This document shows, in pieces, positions 51,938-64,000 of a DNA stretch of 64,000 nucleotides (position 1 is its first letter; the number at the start of each line of letters is the position of its first letter). Below the pieces are notes generated by a model, which saw only the letters and a program-made list of their open reading frames with translations, searched no databases and had not been told where the DNA came from. The translations under genes and the position numbers were made by a program. The stretch comes from Bigelowiella natans CCMP2755. Lineage: Eukaryota > Protista > Cercozoa. Location of the stretch: the NCBI GenBank assembly GCA_000320545.1, contig ADNK01001509.1, positions 62,001 to 126,000 of the forward strand, in the 5' to 3' direction.

Positions 51938-52757
51938 TCGCTTTTTCCCAGAAGCTAGCCCTCGTCGAAATCTTTAATAAGAAAGCGCTGTCAGAACAAG
52001 TCCGAAATCGAAGTATGAACGTGTTAAGAGAAAGGAGCAATGAATGACCCCCTGAGGGCTGCTCGTGACAACGACCTCCAGGCTATCTTCCTGGAATTTT
52101 AGGGAGCATACAGTAAAATGAGCTTACTCGAGTTTATTAAAAGTTATATCCATTAAATTTCAGAATGTGTAAGATGCTTCTGAAGATTCAGGGGAGGGCA
52201 CAAGGGCAACCGGCAGCAGCTCCCTAGGTACATGTTTATTTAAGACATATCTACAAACGTACGAAACAATGAAATAATGGGGGAAATGGAAATCCATTTC
52301 AAATCTATCCTACGACATACCGGAATGGTCTTGTCTATTATTCCCTACCAGAGAATCTCAAAACCAAAAATATTAGGATGTTTCTAGGGTATTTCCTTTG
52401 CGCTATTTTCCCGTTCGCGCAATAGTTCGCAATCGAAGTTTTCTTCCCTGAAAGTTCCAACGCGATCGATTTCCTGCGCAACTACCAGCACGCTATTGCC
52501 TTCTCGCGCAAACGGAGAATAAAAATCAAGCGGGAAACTTCCATCGGAAGATGCGGTTATTGTGATATTGTTGGCAAGACGATCGATCGACAACGAAGAA
52601 GACCGAGGAGCGAAAGCAGCACGTCCTGCCCACCGCCTCCCCCGCACTTTCCAAGTGAAGCTCACAGGTGTGTATGCATCCACGATCTGCTGTGTAGCGG
52701 CATGTGCAAAGCCTTGTTTTCCTGAGTCCCTCCTCTGATGTTCCTTAGGATATTACG

Positions 52758-57893
<5,136 letters not shown>

Positions 57894-58388
57894 GGAGGAG
57901 GCGACCACGGCTAAGAATTCTACTGTTATTGTAGGGTGTATTGTAGTGGCAGAATATGCTGCCGCGCTCACTCGCATCATGAACGCGACTATATTAATAA
58001 ATCATGTTCGCAGGATGCATGAACTTTCATATAACAATTCATCGAAATTCATTAGTTAGGTCCTGACGATAAACACTGCTGCATGTTTAAATGTCATCAT
58101 TCACTTGTGGTGGTGGTGGTGAAAGGTCTCACGGTGCAATGATGAGGCGAATCCTCGGAGGCACATGCACTTGACTGAAGACTTCTGCTACGCAGCAGGC
58201 TATACATGACGCATTGACATGAGCAGTAGTGTCTTTGTAAGTGAGATATCATTTTATTAGACCTTACACCAATTGTTGCAATGCTAGAATGCGTGGCCGC
58301 ATCTAGGCTGTACTAGTGTAATGTGTCGTCTAGATCATGCATGCATCATGATCGATGTGATCGAAGAAGTATGCGAGGCCGCACACTG

Positions 58389-58431
<43 letters not shown>

Positions 58432-58699
58432 TTGTCATCCACATGTTTATATGGTCTGTAGCTATGGCATGTGCGCATGCTTGTATTTGACTACTCGTAC
58501 GGTGCATAGCTGCAAACTGGCTTGTGTGCAATGTGCGCAGCATGGGTCAGTTAGTGTCGTATAACTCCTTGCATGTGCGTTTCGATGGCACAACATGATG
58601 TTCGTACAATTCGCATAGCAATTGGATTATTTCACGCGCCTCATCTGTTGCCGCTTTTCTGGATAAAGTACAGCTGGTCTAGCTATTGTTTTGCTCGAA

Positions 58700-61600
58700 C
58701 AGCTGTTCATATTCATTTCCAGCTATGTAATGATACATCGACAAATCTCTAGTCACACTTTAACTCCAATTTTCCAAGAATGTCCCGAATCTGATTCTGC
58801 ATTGTAATCGAAAAGAGGAGTCAAGACATTGGAGGTCAGTTACTGATAAACTATAGGTGCCAGGCATGGTGGTTGTCGAGTCTTTACAAAGCATCAGTCA
58901 GAAGGTATAAGACCAATCGGATCCGCGTCGTGACATCGTGTACGAGAATCCTCCGACATACATTATCAAGCCCCTTTTAAAACAACAATCACTAACTTTC
59001 ATCTGGGCCGATAGTAGTACACCCTACGAGCAAGTAACCTTACTATCAGCCTCAGCATCAGTCTCTGGAAATCTTATCTCTACTTTAGTCGCACTGTACA
59101 CTTCCTTCATATTTCCGCCTGAAGAGTAATGCTTACATGTAAGGCGAAAGGTAATGCAGTGAGGTTAGACAGCATCCTTTCAAGCGCCAGTAGCTTTTTC
59201 TCGAAGCTACATCTGGAAGTAGTTTTGAAAGAAAAATTCGGTTGAGTTATTTCCGCTGAAGAACCTTGGAACGGCAGGAAACCGTGTAGAAGGACGAAAA
59301 TGCAGACTCCGAAGCTCCACACATCCTGGTCATTATGCGTGATAAATAAAGACTAGATCATCTCTTCCTCCGCACTGGGAACAAACATGAAAGCCCAAAT
59401 TGTGCATCGATACGCTTATAGACAAAATTTCTTCGACAAAATATCTACCGTCATCGCCAGATCATCTCCAGTGCCTGAGAAAAGCGCCTCATTCCGAAGC
59501 AACTCTAGGTGTTGTTGTTGAGGCATAGAGTATAAGCATTATGATAAGCTATTCGAAGCCTTCTTTGATTGATTTGGGTGAAAATTGCGGTATTCTGTTT
59601 GATTCATGTGACATGAATCATCAGCGTTTTTCTGCCGCAACATACCTCTTGAGACATATGATTCGTTTTTATGGCATCACCAACAGCTGATAACAACTCA
59701 AGCTGTACGTCAAATATAGGAGATATTATTACCGGGAGCCATAAACGGAAAAGTCCCTGCAATGACTTCTGAGCTTAACTTCTGTTGATGATATGGCACA
59801 ATGCAATAGTGTTATGCGTAGATTCGATCATGCATAGCAGGATGATCCAAACAGCTGCACACACAAACACACACACACACACACACACGCATGTGATATT
59901 TTGTCGCTCTCAAAAATGATAATGCAGGGATGGATGTAATTGGGATAGGTCCGACCTCTTCGGGGGTAGCGAAGAGAGCAGAACCGAAATCACTGAGTTT
60001 CACGATTCCATTTTTGTCGAGAAGAATGTTCTCCGGTTTCAGATCGCAATGAACCACGTCGTGCTTGTGCAAGTGCTCGAGCGCTATGTTAGCGGGATTT
60101 TTGTGGTGAAAAAGATATTTTCTTGGAGAAAGGGAAGTGCAGCGGTTGGGCGCCGAGCAGCACAAAAGATCAAACACACAAAGTGCGCGAAAAGAAACTT
60201 AGCTGATGAACGTACGGAAAGGATATCATCATATATATCATACATATATGAACTCAGTTGTATGGGTGTCTATTGTACCTTCGAGGATCCCTAAAATGGC
60301 CGCCTTGGCTTGTTGGTGCGAAACAAGGCGATAGCGTCCATCTGATCCCATTGATGAAATGCTGCCTCCAGGTGCAAGCTCGGTCAAAATCATACTAATA
60401 TTAAGAGGGGGGTGGGAAGGGGGGGGGGGGATAAGGCGCTAAATATTCAGAACTAATCGTTTTTCTAGTTTACTTTTCGCACACGAATAATGTCTTCCGA
60501 ACAGCGAATAATTATGATCATAGTAGTCTTTTTGGGTAGAAAATCGTGATTTCGATAAAGAGGACATTTAAACCATTAACTATTGGGGAATGATTGTAAT
60601 GTCACACGTACAAGTGACTGGGCGTCTCGAGTTGAAAGCCGGCCATTCCGAGCACGTGACTATGCTGGCAAACCCTTTGATGAATTCTGTGGAATAATCG
60701 AATGAAATGCTCTTCAATCCGAAGTGCTTCAATTCGTTTATCTTATTTTTGAGTCGTAGAAGTCACCCACCTTGCCTCCTCCAGTGCCAAATCTAGCTGT
60801 GTTTGGAAACAACCTAATCGAGTCATCGTTACTGTCTACACTTTGCTGGCAGCGGTACTACGTGGAATCTTGAAATTCAAATTTGAATAATATTGAAAAT
60901 CCCCTTCTCATTGATATATATGCTTTACGATATTCGCCTCAAGAATTCCAAATGTACAAAGATTGATTAGGGCAACCTTTCCGCATTAACTGCCGCTTGA
61001 AGCACAGCGCCTTATCGAATACCTTAAGCATGACAGGCAACTCACACTTTTGTCATCATCACACGCTGTCAGATAATAAGAAGAATGAACTGACAGACAG
61101 CTCTAATCTAGCCACCCGGACTTGACCTTCGCTGCAAATTTTCCCTCCTTCGGTGCTCCCCACAGGCATCGAATCTTTGTTAATGTGGACATTGTTTGAG
61201 GCAAGGCAGCTTGATATTTTCCAGATTAAATAGGAAGTGTTCCATGGATCAGCGTGTTTCAACTTGTTATGCATCATACTTGCGAGAGTTTGCCGGTCCC
61301 TCCTATCCTCTCCCCCACATGTAGACACGTGGGGGGGGGCCACCCGTTCGGCCGCAAGGCTGATTATTTCGAAACATTGGTATGATGCTTGACTCACTTT
61401 AGCTATAGTGTAAATCTGTGAGCAGTTATTCATAGGATATAGGAAAGACACCTTTGAAGCGATCCGAAGTTGCTACGACGTGAAGACGTGAACCGCCGCT
61501 TAAACGATATTTAGCATCCTCGCTGCTGGCATCAGATGAAGACTTCTCGATGACAGCTGCTAGAATGCGCAAGCAAGCCCCGGATTTCACATCGCCCTGT

Positions 61601-61743
61601 ACTGTTCCAAGCTGCCTTTCGTTGTTGACGAGAATGTAGCTTGGACTAAAGAAACAAAATAACTCAGTCGGGGGGAGGGCGACAAACGAGCAGTAAGATG
61701 GGCCAACAACAACCTTGCAACAGCATCGTCTAAGGAGCGGCAT
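58700..61743 (-). CDS. Ser/Thr protein kinase, many exons; both ends approximate
   Basis: Exon fragments [49 protein letters not shown]...[36 protein letters not shown]. Confidence 0.8.
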
Positions 61744-62170
61744 GATGTGCAAATGGACCCCATTATTCTCTAGCTTACATCCATCGGTATGAATAAACGA
61801 AGGCTGGCAAGAGGAGATGGTGACATTGATACATTTTCCCTAAATCGCCCCCCCCCCGCTCCCCTTCGGAACAAAGACACAAAGTCCTCTGCGACAACAA
61901 GTTTTTCTATATAAAGATGAAAACGCCATGGTTTTCCACAACTGAGCCTATTCAAAAAGCACATTATCCTCGGAGATAACGGTACTCTCGCATTTGGTAT
62001 GAATATGTGACCTGCGACAGGATCATCATGCTCGAAATCGGGGTTTTTTTGGGTCTAATTGTGAAGAGGGTGCAGGGCAAATTCTGAAATGCTTGTCTTA
62101 AAAACATCATCATTTCATTTGTGATCATCATCGGTCAACCAGATTCCAACACGCACGCTTTCAACGAGCC

Positions 62171-62919
62171 ATGATGAACGAAGTCTCCTCATTTGATGAG
62201 GATCTTGCCCTTTATCTTGGTAACCTCAAAACTGACCTCCAGAATCTTGAAGATCTGCTCAGAGAGAAACAAGTTCAGGATTTGGTGAAGCAATTAGAAC
62301 GTGAGCGGGGTGCTCATAAAAATACGAAAGACGAGCTCTCTCAGCTTCAGATGAGGCACCAAAGTCTCCTGAAAGATCATCAAGTTTTAGAAGATGCAAA
62401 GAAAGATCTTGAGAGGGAATTGAAGCGTTTGAAGGGCAAGAGAAAGACGTCAATCAATACTTCTGTATGTGCGTATATTTTAATTGTCCGTCATGTTTCT
62501 TCGTGTGCCACGAACATGCAAAATTAGCTACCATTTAAGACCTCTGATTAATATCATTAATATACAGGAAGCAAAATCAACCAAACGTAGGAAGAAGGGA
62601 AAGAATCCACCAGCCGCCAAAGAGAAATATAATCCACCAGTCGAAGAGACTTTTGCGTTCAGGGAAGATGAGCAAAAGGGTGACCAATATTACGAGACCG
62701 AGAAAGACAACGAGGTGAAGAACACAATATTGTCGTTTACTACCCATTTAAGCCATTAACAGCATTGAAATCCGTGCTATGTGATCTCATTATGTCATGG
62801 TGCATTCTATTTAGACTTTGAAGTCCATTGCAAAAAAACTGGGACTAAATGCGGAGGAATTGTTTGAGCTAAACAAGGAAAAGTACAAGGTGGTCACACA
62901 CGTAGACAGACAGACAGAC

Positions 62920-62969
<50 letters not shown>

Positions 62970-63208
62970 TATGTGTGTGTGTAAAGAGAAAGGATGTTGA
63001 AAGGGGAAGCTTCATATAAGTATATGCATCGAGATGTTGGATGTGTCATCGGCGCATATTTCCAAACGAATGTTACAAAGCTTTATTCAAGAATCAGAAT
63101 ATGAAGTATTCGTATCAGTAATTGAGAAGCCTCAGATAGTGTTTATACTTTCAGGGACTAAAGTTAAATGCAAAATTGCAAAAAAAAACTACGATAATTA
63201 CAAGGTGA
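62171..63208 (+). CDS. Small coiled-coil + LysM-like domain protein, ~189 aa; join(62171..62464,62568..62714,62815..62889,63155..63208)
   Basis: Four phase-0 exons. Heptad-rich N-terminus, KRRKKGK basic motif, and C-terminal YETEKDNETLKSIAKKLGLNAEELFELNKEKYKGLKLNAKLQKKTTII matching the LysM pattern. Confidence 0.7.
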
Positions 63209-64000
63209 AATTTTTGGATTAGAGTGAAGCAGACTTTGTTGTGCTGGGAAAAAAAAATAATACAATTCGCTACAAATCATGCTTGCCCAAGCATACAATC
63301 AGTTGAAACAGCTAAATATTTCAAACAATAGGTTACTACAGTTAAGACTTGTGGATGGTACTGCGGCTTGGTGGAACGTCTATTCAGGAGTCGCATACAA
63401 ACATGACGATGAGCTCCAGTATCCGTTACCGCCACTTAAGGAATATCTTCGATTCATGCAGTAGTTAAAAGGGCACAACGTATTTGTATTCAGAATATCA
63501 ATTGATCGTGATTCCAAACCTGAGGAAGCTATGACTGTACGATGTTGATTTTTTGCTACTTATAGTAAGTACGGCACGGGAGGAATAAGTGAGCAGCCAG
63601 TTCAGCTATTCATATAAGATGTATAGGTGTAGGACACATGTGGCCTTTATGTAAACATTTTTTTTCTATAATTTAAGCTTTGGTCGGCCAATAAAATAAA
63701 TATACAACGCTCACCCATTTTGCATGTGTCCTGTTTACGTTGCGTTTACAATGTATCTTGTCCTGCACAGGACACATATGATGCAGAACATGACCTATAA
63801 TATCATTTGCAGGAGGTGCCGTACGTATGATTTAGACATAATACACACCTAGACATGCATGTATTCTATACATATAGCAACCCGCCGCCAGCATCATCAT
63901 GCTCATGCTATGCTGCTATGTGTAAGAGCAATGATGCTTCATGACTAAGTGGGCTGCCTACTACTCAGCGCTGTAGCCACAGGCATGTCGCAATATCGCA

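Noticed and set aside
63205-63222. 18-nt GT...AG resembling a nucleomorph-type ultrasmall intron
   Set aside because: The window is clearly intron-large nuclear DNA; chance occurrence overlapping the likely stop codon.

Overview
Eukaryotic nuclear DNA, gene-dense and rich in GT-AG introns and microsatellites. It most likely comes from an alga with a secondary plastid: bipartite signal+transit presequences and an LHCZ-type antenna domain point to a chlorarachniophyte-like organism, which is an inference. About 15 protein genes can be supported, mostly as head-to-head pairs. Recognisable housekeeping genes are the PP2A catalytic subunit, cytosolic glutamyl-tRNA synthetase, a P4-type flippase ATPase, a 2OG-Fe(II) dioxygenase and two protein kinases. 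Two unusual domain fusions stand out. (1) A plastid-targeted ~908-aa protein joins three degenerate RRM-like repeats and two RRMs to a complete three-helix chlorophyll-binding LHC domain (4554-7325, -). It is transcribed divergently from a large OPR-like helical-repeat RNA-binding protein that may also be plastid-targeted. (2) A bacterial-type SMI1/KNR4 (SUKH) toxin-immunity domain has acquired spliceosomal introns and is fused, via a basic NLS-like linker, to a DNA polymerase X/beta 8-kDa HhH domain (20585-21920, +). Also noted: a tandem NTF2/SnoaL-like secreted protein, a triple SH3-like barrel protein, a small coiled-coil+LysM protein with NLS-like motifs, a kinase with almost no activation loop, and TGCA/CATG/CTAG-rich tracts that by eye follow gene 3' ends but are absent from divergent promoters. 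No rRNA, tRNA, CRISPR array or intact transposon was recognised. Most short ORFs in the track are microsatellite or antisense artefacts. Exon models were assembled by eye.
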